From the NCBI GenBank assembly GCA_950097015.1, contig CATNEN010000030.1, positions 3,286,001 to 3,350,000 on the forward strand: DNA of 64,000 bases, written 5' to 3'. Numbering within the stretch: position 1 is the stretch's first letter; the number at the start of each line of letters is the position of its first letter. The translations under genes were made by a program, and so were the position numbers. This DNA comes from Macrostomum hystrix. Its lineage: Eukaryota > Animalia > Platyhelminthes. The notes under the pieces were generated by a model. It did no database searches. It was not told where the DNA came from and saw only the letters and a list, made by a program, of their open reading frames with translations. This document shows, piece after piece, positions 48,226 through 63,200 of this stretch.

Positions 48226-51200
48226 ATGTCGGGCTCCCGGCGAGGTCTGGTGGCTCCGCAGAACACGTTTCTAGACAATATCATTCGCAGATGCAGCGGC
48301 CAGCGTAAGCAACTGAATTATGTGCAATTATTGCTTATGGATTGCGGACCTGGGGGTAGATTTTTAGGAAAACTACTTTTTCAGGTAGATAGGTACATGC
48401 AGAGGGGGATGAGTGGCAGAGCGGTTAACCCGTTTGCTTCTCGCACCAAGGTCCCTGAGCTCGAATCCGCGGCGAGGCCACATTCATTTAGGGCGCAGCC
48501 GCTGAGAGAAGGCTTGGGGGCTTGTCGTGCATTAATTTACGCCCTTGAGGGCCAACCTCTAGGGCGCAGTGAAAGTGTTCACTGTTTGACGACGAGAAAG
48601 TCAGGTCAGATGTTCACACCTGTGTGAGCGTGTGCCTGCGTAGCTACTCCATAACACTCCAGCTACTCCATGATACTCCAGCTACTCCATGATACTCCAG
48701 CTACTCCATGATACTCCAGCTACTCCATAACACTCCAGCTACTCCATGATACTCCAGCTACTCCATAACACTCCAGCTACTCCATAGCACTCCAGCTACT
48801 CCATAACACTCCAGCTACTCCATGACACTCCAGCTACTCCATGACACTCCAACTACTCCATGATACTCCAGCTACTCCATGATACTCCAGCTACTCCATG
48901 ATACTCCAGCTACTCCATAACACTCCAGCTACTCCATGACACTCCAGCTACTCCATAACACTCCAGCTACTCCATGACACTCCAACTACTCCATGATACT
49001 CCAGCTACTCCATGATACTCCAGCTACTCCATGATACTCCAGCTACTCCATAACACTCCAGCTACTCCATGATACTCCAGCTACTCCATAACACTCCAGC
49101 TACTCCATAGCACTCCAGCTACTCCATAACACTCCAGCTACTCCATGACACTCCAGCTACTCCATGACACTCCAACTACTCCATGATACTCCAGCTACTC
49201 CATGATACTCCAGCTACTCCATGATACTCCAGCTACTCCATAACACTCCAGCTACTCCATAACACTCCAGCTACTCCATAACACTCCAGCTACTCCATGA
49301 CACTCCAACTACTCCATGACACTCCAGCTACTCCATGACACTCCAACTACTCCATGACACTCCAACTACTCCATGATACTCCAACTACTCCATGATACTC
49401 CAACTACTCCATGATACTCCAGCTACTCCATGATACTCCAGCTACTCCATGATACTCCAGCTACTCCATAACACTCCAGCTACTCCATAGCACTCCAGCT
49501 ACTCCATAACACTCCAGCTACTCCATGACACTCCAACTACTCCATGATACTCCAGCTACTCCATAACACTCCAGCTACTCCATAACACTCCAGCTACTCC
49601 ATGACACTCCAACTACTCCATGATACTCTAGCTACTCCATGATACTCCAGCTACTCCAAGATACTCCAGCTACTCCATAACACTCCAGCTACTCCATAAC
49701 ACTCCAGCTACTCCATAACACTCCAGCTACTCCATAACACTCCAGCTACTCCATAACACTCCAGCTACTCCATAACACTCCAGCTACTCCATAACACTCC
49801 AGCTACTCCATGACACTCCAACTACTCCATGATACTCCAGCTACTCCATAACACTCCAGCTACTCCATGACACTCCAACTACTCCATGATACTCCAGCTA
49901 CTCCATAACACTCCAGCTACTCCATGACACTCCAACTACTCCATGACACTCCAGCTACTCCATAACACTCCAGCTACTTCATGATACTCCAGCTACTCCA
50001 TAACACTCCAGCTACTCCATGACACTCCAGCTACTCCATAACACTCCAGCTACTCCATGATACTCCAGCTACTCCATGACACTCCAGCTACTCCATAACA
50101 CTCCAGCTACTCCATGATACTCCAGCTACTCCATAACACTCCAACTACTCCTTGATACTCCAGCTACTCCATAACACTCCAGCTACTTCATGATACTCCA
50201 GCTACTCCATAACACTCCAGCTACTCCATGACACTCCAACTACTCCATGATACTCCAGCTTCTCCATAACACTCCAGCTACTCCATGACACTCCAGCTAC
50301 TCCATAACACTCCAGCTACTCCATAACACTCCAGCTACTCCATGACACTCCAACTACTCCATGACACTCCAGCTACTCCATGACACTCCAGCTACTCCAT
50401 GACACTCCAGCTACTCCATGACACTCCAGCTACTCCATAACACTCCAGCTACTCCATGATACTCCAGCTACTCCATGACACTCCAGCTACTCCATAACAC
50501 TCCAGCTACTCCATGATACTCCAGCTACTCCATAACACTCCAACTACTCCTTGATACTCCAGCTACTCCATAACACTCCAGCTACTTCATGATACTCCAG
50601 CTACTCCATAACACTCCAGCTACTCCATGACACTCCAACTACTCCATGATACTCCAGCTTCTCCATAACACTCCAGCTACTCCATGACACTCCAGCTACT
50701 CCATAACACTCCAGCTACTCCATAACACTCCAGCTACTCCATGACACTCCAACTACTCCATGACACTCCAGCTACTCCATGACACTCCAGCTACTCCATG
50801 ACACTCCAGCTACTCCATGACACTCCAGCTACTCCATGACACTCCAGCTACTCCATGACACTCCAGCTACTCCATGACACTCCAGCTACTCCATGACACT
50901 CCAGCTACTCCATGATACTCCAGCTACTCCATGACACTCCAGCTACTTCATGTATTGCCCAGGTCTAGTGTCACCAAATGATGTGACCATTGCCCGCAGC
51001 CCTCCTGCTATTATTAACATGCAGTGGTTAAAGATTAGGTCTCCTAGTCGTGAGTTCGTATTTTAGCCCAGAAAAAAGGAATTGTGTCCTTTTGCAAGAC
51101 ACTTAATTCGCTATAGTGCTTACAATAGCTCAGCTGTAAAATTTGTACCAACATTTACAATGAACGAACCACCGTTTTAGCCAATCACACAGTTTCTACA

Positions 51201-54200
51201 AAAACTACTAAAAACTAGTGGTAGTCGTAGTAGCCGAAAGCAACCTGGACATTAGCCAGAGCACTTTAGCCAGGAGACCTCTGGTAGTTTCATAGACTGC
51301 AGGCATCAGTCCCGCGCAGAATATTGTAGCGCGGGCTTAATAGTGTAGCACGCCGATGCATCCCCCCCCTGGGAAATCACAAGCCCTCCGACAGCGCCGG
51401 ATCTTCCCAGACGGCACAATGTCCAGTTATCAGTTCGGTCTCCTATATGGCTATGAAAATTATTTCGATAGGGTCAGTATCACTGGTAGAAGGATAAACG
51501 GCTGGGCCATATGGAGCAGGAAACTGTTAGCGCACTACAGAAATTTGCCATTTTTAGCTTAGTCAAATAATTGTAACGTGTATGCAAGTATTTAAAATTC
51601 AAGTGCACTCACTTTTCATCAGTGCCCCAGCTGTGACGCTTCCGTTTCTGCATTCCAACAACTATGTCCTCAAATTTTTATCAGCTTTCTCTTGTAGCTA
51701 TTATGATACATAATAAAGCCTTGGAAATATATTAGCGTTATAAGTTTCTAAAAGTAGCAGCAAATCACACCACTTTTCTGCTGAATGCTTATTTATGGCT
51801 GTAAGTTCTAAAAATAGCAATACATATCTGTCCTTCTTGTTAAATTCATTGGCTGCGGTAAGTCACGTGCCAAGGTTAAGGTAGTAAGATCAGATTTCCC
51901 CTAAGTAAAGTTTCTAAAAATAGCAACAAATCATTACTACGTGTTTTCTTTATATCCAAGTTGATGAGATAAGTCACGTGGTTGCGTTTAGTGTTGTTTT
52001 CTAAAAATAGCAACAAATCAGCCCTCAATTTTAAACAAGAAAAAAATTATTGCGTTCAGATTCATCCAACTCGGAAACCAATTTTCAATTCGCGCCAATG
52101 CAGACAGCAGCTTCCTGCTCGCCAACGCTCGCATAGTGGACTATCCCATTGTCTTCTGCAACGAGGGCTTCTCTCGACTGTCTGGGTTCACTCGGGCCGA
52201 GGTGATGCAGAAGTCCTGCATCTGCAATTTCATGTACGGCGACCAGACCGACACGGAGGCCATTCAGAGAATGGAGCGCTGCCTGGACCAATACGAGACA
52301 GACCAGCTGGAGGTGCTGCTCTACAAGAAGAACAGTTGAGTTTCTGCTTTCAGTAACACTGGTTGGCTTGCTTTAGCTTTCTCTGTGACATGTGCTTGGA
52401 CTGGGGTTGTGATGTGCTTGGAAAAAGGTTGTCACCTGTGTTTAAAACAGGGTTGTCACCTGTGTTTAGAACAGAGTTGTCACCTGTGTTTAGAACAGGT
52501 TTGTCACCTGTGTTTAGAACAGGGTTGTCACCTGTGTTTAGAATATGGTTGTCACCTGTGTTTAGAACAGGGTTGTCACCTGTGTTTAGAATATGGTTGT
52601 CACCTGTGTTTAGAATATGGTTGTCACCTGTGTTTAGAACAGGGTTGTCACCTGTGTTTAGAATATGGTTGTCACCTGTGTTTAGAACAGGGTTGTCACC
52701 TGTGTTTAGAATATGGTTGCCATCTGTGTTTAGAACAGGTTTGTCACCTGTGTTTAGAACAGGGTTGTCACCTGTGTTTAGAACAGGGCTGTCACCTGTG
52801 TTTGGAACAGGGCTGTCACATGTGTTTAGAACAGGGCTGTCACCTGTGTTTAGAACAGGTTTGTCACCTGTGTTTAGAACAGGGTTGTCACCTGTGTTTA
52901 GAACAGGGTTGTCACCTGTGTTTAGAACAGGGCTGTCACCTGTGTTTAGAACAGGGTTGTCACCTGTGTTTAGAACAGGTTTGTCACCTGTGTTTAGAAC
53001 AGGGTTGTCACCTGTGTTTAGAACAGGGCTGTCACCTGTGTTTAGAACAGGGTTGTCACCTGTGTTTAGAATATGGTTGCCATCTGTGTTTAGAACAGGT
53101 TTGTCACCTGAGTTTAGAACAGGGTTGTCACCTGTGTTTAGAACAGGTTTGTCACCTGTGTTTAGAACAGGGTTGTCACCTGTGTTTAGAACAGGTTTGT
53201 CACCTGTGTTTAGAACAGGGTTGTCACCTGTGTTTAGAACAGGGCTGTCACCTGTGTTTAGAATATGGTTGTCACCTGTGTTTAAAACAGGGTTTTCACC
53301 TGTGTTTAGAACAGGGCTGTCACCTGTGTTTGGAACAGGGCTGTCACATGTGTTTAGAACAGGGCTGTCACCTGTGTTTAGAACAGGTTTGTCACCTGTG
53401 TTTAGAACAGGGTTGTCACCTGTGTTTAGAACAGGGTTGTCACCTGTGTTTAGAACAGGGCTGTCACCTGTGTTTAGAACAGGGTTGTCACCTGTGTTTA
53501 GAACAGGTTTGTCACCTGTGTTTAGAACAGGGTTGTCATCTGTGTTTAGAACAGGGCTGTCACCTGTGTTTAGAATATGGTTGTCACCTGTGTTTAAAAC
53601 AGGGTTTTCACCTGTGTTTAGAACAGGGCTGTCACCTGTGTTTGGAACAGGGCTGTCACATGTGTTTAGAACAGGGCTGTCACCTGTGAATACGTGATTT
53701 CATCATGTCACATGATATGCTACACGTGAGTTGTATTGTTCACCACTTTGCCTTATCGCAGTTGGGAATTTTCACCTACCTTTGGCGCAGCATTTGGGCG
53801 CGTTTCCTATCGCCAGTTGTTAACTGCAGCTGCTACTGTGTAGGTTCTAACTGCACTTGACTAGGATAGGACGACAACTACCCTGAGCTGTGGACTCAAT
53901 TGTAGCAATCCCAGATGTTCTTTATTATACACAAAATCAATCTTGACCATTGTGAGTTGATTTAGTTGCCAAGGCACAGCTGGCAAGTTTGAGTCAGTTT
54001 AAACTGTTCTCCATGCACTTTAAACGAGCATCTTAATTCTTGAGTTGCTAGCTTAAATTCCTTACGTGAGTTTTACTCCTTACTTTAGTCGAAACCTTGA
54101 TAAACTGAAATTTTAATCCCGAGCTAAAGTCAGGGAGTTTAATCCCCTTCTTGGGTCTGAGTTTTATTAATCCCCTTCATGGGTCTGGAGTTTAATTAAT

Positions 54201-57200
54201 CCCCTACTTGGGTCTGAGTTTAATTAATCCCCTACTTTGGTCTGGAGTTTAATTAATCCCCTACTTCGGTCTGGAGTTTAATTAATCCCCTTCTTGGGTC
54301 TGAGTTTTATTAATCCCCTTCTTGGGTCTGGAGTTTAATTAATCCCCTACTTCGGTCTGGATTTTAATTAATCCCCTACTTGGGTCTGGAGTTTAATCCC
54401 CTTCTTGGGTCTGAGTTTTATTAATCCCCTTCATAGGTCTGGAGTTCAATTAATCCCCTACTTGGGTCTGAGTTTAATTAATCCCCTACTTTGGTCTGGA
54501 GTTTAATTAATCCCCTACTTCGGTCTGGAGTTTAATTAATCCCCTTCCTGGGTCTGGAGTTTAATTAATCCCCTACTTGGGTCTGAAGTTTAATTAATCC
54601 CCTTCTTGGGTCTGGAGTTTAATTAATCCCCTACTTGGGTCTGGAGTTTAATTAATCCCCTACTTGGGTCTGAAGTTTAATTAATCCCCTTCTTGGGTCT
54701 GAAGTTTAATTAATCCCCTACTTGGGTCTGGAGTTTAATTAATCCCCTTCTTGGGTCTGGAGTTTAATTAATCCCCTACTTGGGTCCGGAGTTTAATTAA
54801 TCCCCTACTTGGGTCTGGAGTTTAATTAATCCCCTACTTCGGTCTGGAGTTTAATTAATCCCCTACTTGGGTCTGGAGTTTAATCCCCTTCATGGGTCTG
54901 GAGTTTAATTAATCCCCTACTTGGGTCTGAGTTTAATTAATCCCCTACTTTGGTCTGGAGTTTAATTAATCCCCTACTTCGGTCTGGAGTTTAATTAATC
55001 CCCTTCTTGGGTCTGGAGTTTAATTAATCCCCTACTTGGGTCTGAAGTTTAATTAATCCCCTTCTTGGGTCTGAAGTTTAATTAATCCCCTACTTGGGTC
55101 TGAAGTTTAATTAATCCCCTACTTGGGTCTGGAGTTTAATTAATCCCCTTCTTGGGTCTGGAGTTTAATTAATCCCCTACTTGGGTCTGGAGTTTAATTA
55201 ATCCCCTTCTTGGGTCTGGAGTTTAATTAATCCCCTACTTGGGTCTGGAGTTTAATTAATCCCCTTCTTGGGTCTGGAGTTTAATTAATCCCCTACTTGG
55301 GTCTGGAGTTTAATTAATCCCTTCTTAAGCCGAGTGGCTCGAGGAGGTTGAAGCCTTGTGGTTAGAGCGTCGGACTCACGACTTGAAGGTCGAGGGTTCG
55401 ATTCCCGACTCTTTTTGTGTCCTTTAGCAAGACGCTTAACTCTGCATTGTTTCTGGCTCAACGCTCACCACTCCAGTTGTTAAATGGGTGCCAGCATCAG
55501 CTGGGGTAATTGAGGGTGGTTGTGGCGTCCCCCCAGTCCATGGACTGAACAGCCGTACGCAGTCAATTACTATTTAGTCAAAGCAACTAGCATTGTTTAT
55601 ATTTAATATTGATTTAAAACTTCATTGTTTCCAAAGAGCCACAATTCTCAAATCGAACACCCTAATTCAACCGGCAGAGGCTCCCCTGTGGCTTCTCGTC
55701 TACATGGCGCCCATTAGAAACGAGAAGGACATTGTGATCCTGTTTCTGTTCACCTTCCGCGACATCACGGCGCTGCGGCAGCCGCTCGAGGACCAGGACG
55801 AGCAGGTCAGGGGCGCACAAACCGCCGGTAAGCCGAACGAATGGCGAACACGTGAAACAGTTCGAACAATTGGAACATTTTTTAACAGTAGAAAGAACAC
55901 GCTATTTTTCCTTTTGGGGAAAGACCACGAGGTAATTCAAATAACCGCTGCCTACTTCAACCCGCTGCCTACTTCAACCCGCTGCCTACTTCAACCCACT
56001 GCCTACTTCAACCCGCTGCCTACTTCAACCCGCTGCCTACTTCAACCCACTGCCTACTTCAACCCACTGCCTACTTCAACCCGCTGCCTACTTCAACGCA
56101 CTGCCTACTTCAACCCGCTGCCTACTTCAACCCGCTGCCTACTTCAACCCACTGCCTACTTCAACCCACTGCCTACTTCAACCCGCTGCCTACTTCAACG
56201 CACTGCCTACTTCAACCCGCTGCCTACTTCAACCCACTGCCTACTTCAACCCGCTGCCTACTTCAACCCGCTGCCTACTTCAACCCGCTGCCAACTTCCA
56301 CCCGCTGCCTACTTCACGACAGCTCAAAAACTGAGTGATAGATATTTTTTTGAAAGTCCAACATCTGAACCGAAATTTTCCGCCCTTTACGATCAACTAA
56401 CTTTCAAAGCTTTGCGAGTCAGTATCGTCGATTTAAACCTTTGTGGCTAATTCATATTGGTTTCAAAATTAAAAAAGGAACAAAGAAATGAATCCAAAAT
56501 AGTCAACAATGATAGCCGACATGGTTACTTGATGAAAGTTTGTCAGCCGAAAAATTATGCATTTTTTCGTGGTTTTTGCCACCTGACAACCCGACGAGAA
56601 TGCTGATGTTTTGTTATTCTGGAAGTTCTTTCATCGGATTGGCTGAATATTTTAGATACAGAAGATTTGTATTTAAGATACAGAAAACGGTTGGTTTTTG
56701 GTACGTTGTTTATAGCCGATTGTAAGGCTGATTTGGGCCTGAGGTACTGGTTTCAGAACATATTTTAGAACATGTTTTAGAACAGGTTTTAGAACAGGTT
56801 TTAGAACAGGTTTTAGAACAGGTTTTAGAACAGGTTTTAGAACAGGTTTTAGAACAGGTTTTAGAACAGGTTTTTATAACATGTTTCAGAACAGGTTTTA
56901 GAACATGTTTCAGAACAGGTTTTAGAACAGGTTTTAGAACAGGTTTTTATAACAGGTTTTTAGAGCAGCTATTGCGCGGCATTTTCAAAGGCTGTGTACA
57001 GTTGTTCAGTCCGTGGACTGGCGGGTTCATTAAATTGCATATCTATTAATAACACATTTTTGAGAAGTGCGGGCCCTGTTACACCTGTTAAACCGGTTTA
57101 TTACCTGTTGAATGCCTTCTAAAGATTTCTAGGCCCTAGAATGCTGAAATTTTCTACTTTATCAGGAAATTATCCATTTGCAGCTGTTATAATTTGGACC

Positions 57201-60200
57201 ATTCAGAACTGCTCGACTTCCTCGGCGCTCTCAACAATAATCAAAATTTCCTCACTCCTTCAAGACGGAAATCCAGTTGATTTCAGCCTCAACATCTCGT
57301 TATCTCCACTTCCTTAATCTCGGGATCAATATTTTTCTTTTCCTAACAGACACGGATGAACAGTAGATAGCTTGTAGCCTAGGAGTCAGAGAATTGGATT
57401 ACTAAATCGGACGTCTGGGGTTCGAATCTCCGAATCTTATTTCAGTTCCCTCAGCTGTGAAATCTGGGGAAAAGCTTGATAGTTCAGGCTGGGGTGTAGC
57501 TCCGTGTAATTAAAGCCCAGATATGCTCGGAGTCTATTCTCGAGCAGTCAAAGGTGAGCAAACTTGGAAACTAGATCTATTATCGTGAGAAACTTCTCAT
57601 CCTGCTTTCCTCCTATTTTAGTAGGCCTCAGCAAGTTCGCCCGCCTGGCCCGCTCCGTCACCCGGAACCGGTCAGTGCTGGTCCAGCTGCCAGGAGCTCC
57701 GTCTGCTTCTTCCGCTGCGGCAGCGGGTGCCGGCGCCTCCCCATCCTCCGTCAGGTTGGAGGACTCGAAATTTGAGCAGCTGGGAACGGTGAGTCTGCTT
57801 AGCTTATGATCAGCTTATGATGAGCTCCGATTTAGGATCAGTGTGAGCTCCGATTTGGTATCAGTATGAGCTCCGATTTGGGATCAGTGTGAGCTCTGAT
57901 TTGGGATCAGTGTGAGCTCCGATTTGGGATCAGTGTGAGCTCCGATTTGGTATCAGTATGAGCTCCGATTTGGGATCAGTGTGAGCTCTGATTTGGGATC
58001 AGTGTGAGCTCCGATTTGGGATCTTTGATCTCTGATACGGGATCAGTGTGAGCTCTGATTTGGGATCAGTGTGAGCTCCGATTTGGGATCTTTGATCTCT
58101 GATACGGGATCAGTGTGAGCTCCGATTTGGGATCAGTGTGAGCTCCGATTTGGTATCAGTATGAGCTCCGATTTGGGATCAGTATGAGCTCTGATTTGGG
58201 ATCAGTGTGAGCTCTGATTTGGGATCAGTGTGAGCTCCGATTTAGGATCAGTGTGAGCTCTGATTTGGGATCAGTGTGAGCTCTGATTTGGGATCAGTGT
58301 GAGCTCTGATTTAGGATCAGTGTGAGCTCTGATTTGGGATCAGTGTGAGCTCTGATTTGGGATCAGTGTGAGCTCTGATACGGGATCAGTGTGAGCTCTG
58401 ATTTGGGATCAGTGTGAGCTCTGATTTGGTATCAGTATGAGCTCCGATTTGGGATCAGTGTGAGCTCCGATTTGGGATCAGTGTGAGCTCTGATTTGGGA
58501 TCAGTGTGAGCTCTGATTTGGGATCAGTGTGAGCTCCGATTTAGGATCAGTGTGAGCTCTGATTTGGGATCAGTGTGAGCTCTGATTTGGGATCAGTGTG
58601 AGCTCTGATTTAGGATCAGTGTGAGCTCTGATTTGGGATCAGTGTGAGCTCTGATTTGGGATCAGTGTGAGCTCTGATACGGGATCAGTGTGAGCTCTGA
58701 TTTGGGATCAGTGTGAGCTCTGATTTGGTATCAGTATGAGCTCCGATTTGGGATCAGTGTGAGCTCCGATTTGGGATCAGTGTGAGCTCTGATTTGGGAT
58801 CAGTGTGAGCTCTGATTTGGGATCAGTGTGAGCTCTGATTTGGGATCAGTGTGAGCTCTGATTTGGTATCAGTATGAGCTCCGATTTGGGATCAGTGTGA
58901 GCTCCGATTTGGGATCAGTGTGAGCTCTGATTTGGGATCAGTGTGAGCTCCGATTTGGGATCAGTGTGAGCTCCGATTTAGGATCAGTGTGAGCTCCGAT
59001 TTGGGATCAGTGTGAGCTCCGATTTGGGATCAGTGTGAGCTCTGATTTGGTATCAGTATGAGCTCCGATTTGGGATCAGTGTGAGCTCCGATTTGGGATC
59101 AGTGTGAGCTCCGATTTGGGATCAGTGTGAGCTCTGATTTGGTATCAGTGTGAGCTCCGATTTGGGATCAGTGTGAGCTCTGATTTGGGATCAGTGTGAG
59201 CTCCGATTTGGGATCAGTGTGAGCTCTGATTTGGTATCAGTATGAGCTCCGATTTGGGATCAGTGTGAGCTCCGATTTGGGATCAGTGTGAGCTCCGATT
59301 TGGGATCAGTGTGAGCTCTGATTTGGGATCAGTGTGAGCTCTGATTTGGTATCAGTATGAGCTCCGATTTGGGATCAGTGTGAGCTCCGATTTGGGATCA
59401 GTGTGAGCTCCGATTTGGGATCAGTGTGAGCTCTGATTTGGGATCAGTGTGAGCTCCGATTTGGGATCAGTGTGAGCTCCGATTTGGGATCAGTGTGAGC
59501 TCTGATTTGGGATCAGTGTGAGCTCTGATTTGGGATCAGTGTGAGCTCCGATTTGGGATCAGTGTGAGCTCTGATTTGGGATCAGTGTGAGCTCCGATTT
59601 GGGATCAGTGTGAGCTCTGATTTGGGATCAGTGTGAGCTCCAATTTGGGATCAGTATGAGCTCCGATTTGGGATCAGTGTGAGCTCTGATTTGGTATCAG
59701 TATGAGCTCCGATTTGGGATCAGTGTGAGCTCTGATTTGGTATCAGTATGAGCTCCGATTTGGGATCAGTGTGAGCTCTGATTTGGGATTCCAGATTTGC
59801 CTCTAGTGTGGCCTCTGATTCTAAATTTTCTCTGTGCTCTGAGCTATTATGTTATATCAAATAAACAGTTTTTTTAATTTTTAAGTAACTGTTTCGGTCT
59901 ATCATTAGCCAAACATGATTGATGTAAGTGTCCTAGTTGCATATTGCTCTGCCTGCAAGCCTAATGGATAACAGCCTAGTGCTTATGTGACTGCTCCTTT
60001 GTCGAGTTAGTTCTTCTCCAAAAACTATTTCTGAACTCATCTGAGTACGGAGGATTCTGAGAATGATAATTGCAACCTGGATCCTCAGCATCTCCAACAA
60101 GCGGCTTGCCGGCTGAAATTCGCGTGACCGCCTGAATTATTAACCAAAATTGGCGCCCTCTGTCTCACGCCGAGGCCCTGCTGGAGTCGGCGAGCTGCTC

Positions 60201-63200
60201 AATTGACGTCAGGCCTTGTCTTGCGCCCCTCTCTGATCTCTAGAGCTATGGAGGGGGGCGGGTTTTGAGATGGGAGCGAATTGCTATGGACACTAATCAT
60301 CATGGTTCCTTACCAAACACTGCTCAAACCTCTTCACCCATCCCTGTACTCACACTGACTGCTCAAACCCCTTCACCCATCCCTGTACTCACACTGACTG
60401 CTCAAACCTCTTCACCCATCCCTGTACTCACACTGACTGCTCAAACCTCTTCACCCATCCCTGTACTCACACTGACTGCTCAAACCTCTTCACCCATCCC
60501 TGTACTCACACTGACTGCTCAAACCTCTTCACCCATCCCTGTACTCACACTGACTGCTCAAACCTCTTCACCCATCCCTGTACTCACACTGACTGCTCAA
60601 ACCTCTTCACCCATCCCTGTACTCACACTGACTGCTCAAACCTCTTCACCGATCCCTGTACTCACACTGACTGCTCAAACCTCACACCCTCTTCAGGCAG
60701 TGTCCCTTCACTCAGACGTGCTGCCGCAATACAAGCAGGAGGCGCCGAAAACTCCGCCGCACATTATTCTGCACTACGCCGCCTTCAAGACCACATGGGA
60801 CTGGATTATTCTGGTTCTAACTGGTTACACGGCTGTCATGGTGCCGTTTAATGTGGCCTTCAAGAATAAGACAATGGACGACGTGGCTTTCCTAGTGCTT
60901 GACAGCATAGTGGACGTGGTGTTCTTCATTGACATTGTGCTCAATTTTCACACCACATTTGTTGGCCCTAACGGCGAGGTGATCTCGGACCCGTCTGTGA
61001 TTAGAGTCAATTACCTGAAAGGCTGGTTCGTCATTGACCTGCTGTCCTGCCTGCCGTACGATGTGTTCAACGCATTCCAACCGGAGTCCTCGGAGGTATG
61101 TCTTTGAAGCGCATGGTTACCGGATTCTTGAAGTAGACTAATTCATTTCTAAAGTACTGCATTCCTGAAGTATTCATAATTTGTACTGCGTGTAACGTAT
61201 TTAATGTCTTTACTAATGTATTCCTGAAGTGTGCTACTTTATCCTGAAGTGTGCTACTCTATCCTGAAGTGTGCTACTCTATCCTGAAGTGTGCTACTTT
61301 ATCCTGAAGTGTGCTACTCTCTCCTGAAGTGTGCTATTCTATCCTGAAGTGTGCTAATCTCTCCTGAAGTGTGCTAATCTCTCCTGAAGTGTGCTACTCT
61401 ATCCTGAAGTGTGCTACTCTATCCTGAAGTGTGCTATTCTATCCTGAAGTGTGCTACTCTATCCTGAAGTGTGCTACTCTATCCTGAAGTGTGCTACTCT
61501 ATCCTGAAGTGTGCTACTCTATCCTGAAGTGTGCTACTCTATCCTGAAGTGTGCTACTCTATCCTGAAGTGTGCTACTCTATCCTGAAGTGTGCTACTCT
61601 ATCCTGAAGTGTGCTACTCTATCCTGAAGTGTGCTACTCTATCCTGAAGTGTGCTACTCTATCCTGAAGTGTGCTACTCTATCCTGAAGTGTGCTACTCT
61701 ATCCTGAAGTGTGCTACTCTATCCTGAAGTGTGCTACTCTATCCTGAAGTGTGCTACCACACTCCTGAAATGATGAAGTAAGTTATGACTACAGAGTTTG
61801 TCAAATTTCAAACGCATTCACTAGTAATGCAAGCTGTAAAGCTCACAAACATCGCCTGACATTAATATTTTGTTAATTTGTAAGTCGCTATCTACTTGTA
61901 CTAAAGGGAGTTTCCTGCTAAGTCAAAAGTGGACACGCCCAATGCTCAAGCTCGGCTTTAAAGCTTGCCGATAATCCGCAGTTTTCCACCTGAGCTGTCT
62001 TTCAAATTAAAAGTCAAAAGAAGTTGCACTGACACTTAAATTGAATTTTTTTTTGCTTTGTAAGTTAAGCACTTTCTTAATGCAATAAAGGCTTATCAGA
62101 TTGGGTCTTATTGAAAATCTATGAAAATAATCGAAACTAATAAGATGACGAGGAATCAGTGGCATATTTTTATGTCGCCCTTTGCCTCGTTAGATAGGAG
62201 GGTGAGAGGGGAAGATAGGAGGATGAGAGGGGAAGATAGGAGGATGAGAGGGGAAGATAGGAGGATAAGAGAGGAAGATAGGAGGATGAGAGGGGAAGAT
62301 AGGAGGATGAGAGGGGAAGATAGGAGGATGAGAGGGGAAGATAGGCGGATGAGAGGGGAAGATAGGCGGATGAGAGGGGAAGATAGGAGGATGAGAGGGG
62401 AAGATAGGCGGATGAGAGGGGAAGATAGGAGGATGAGAGGGGAAGATAGGAGGATGAGAGGGGAAGATAGGCGGATGAGAGGGGAAGATAGGCGGATGAG
62501 AGGGGAAGATAGGAGGATGAGAGGGGAAGATAGGAGGATGAGAGGGCAAGATAGGAGGGTGAGAGGGGAAGATAGGAGGATGAGAGGGGAAGATAGGCGG
62601 ATGAGAGGGGAAGATAGGCGGATGAGAGGGGAAGAAAGGAGGATGAGAGGGGAAGATAGGAGGATGAGAGGGGAAGATAGGCGGATGAGAGGGGAAGATA
62701 GGAGGATGAGAGGGGAAGATAGGAGGATGAGAGGGGAAGATAGGAGGATGAGAGGGGAAGATAGGCGGATGAGAGGGGAAGATAGGAGGATGAGAGGGGA
62801 AGATAGGCGGATGAGAGGGGAAGATAGGAGGATGAGAGGGGAAGATAGGAGGATGAGAGGGGAAGATAGGAGGATGAGAGGGGAAGATAGGAGGATGAGA
62901 GGGGAAGATACGAAGGGGAGTGTGCAAGATGTAATACTCCGGACCCATAGTGTTGAAGTTTTGGCCCCTCTTGTCATCCGGCACCGTGTTTTGGCCTTCC
63001 AGGGCGGCATCAGCAGCCTCTTCAGCGCCCTGAAGGTGGTCCGCCTGCTCAGAATCGGCCGGGTCGCTCGCAAAGTTGACCAGTACCTTGAGTACGGCGC
63101 TGCCCTGCTCATCCTGATGATCTTCGGCTTTGTACTTCTGGCTCACTGGATGGCCTGCATCTGGTACACTATCGGGGTGCGCGACCTGGAGCTGGAGATC

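Noticed and set aside
51745-52020. Degenerate direct repeats with two CACGTG E-boxes before eag exon 2
   Set aside because: Too few and too degenerate to call regulatory without data.
57200-57350. Acidic peptide-like fragments on the minus strand
   Set aside because: Multiple stops and no assignable homology.
60050-60300. GC-rich island in eag intron 4 as a possible extra exon
   Set aside because: The frame from the best acceptor hits TGA quickly, and the protein is already colinear with known EAG channels without it.
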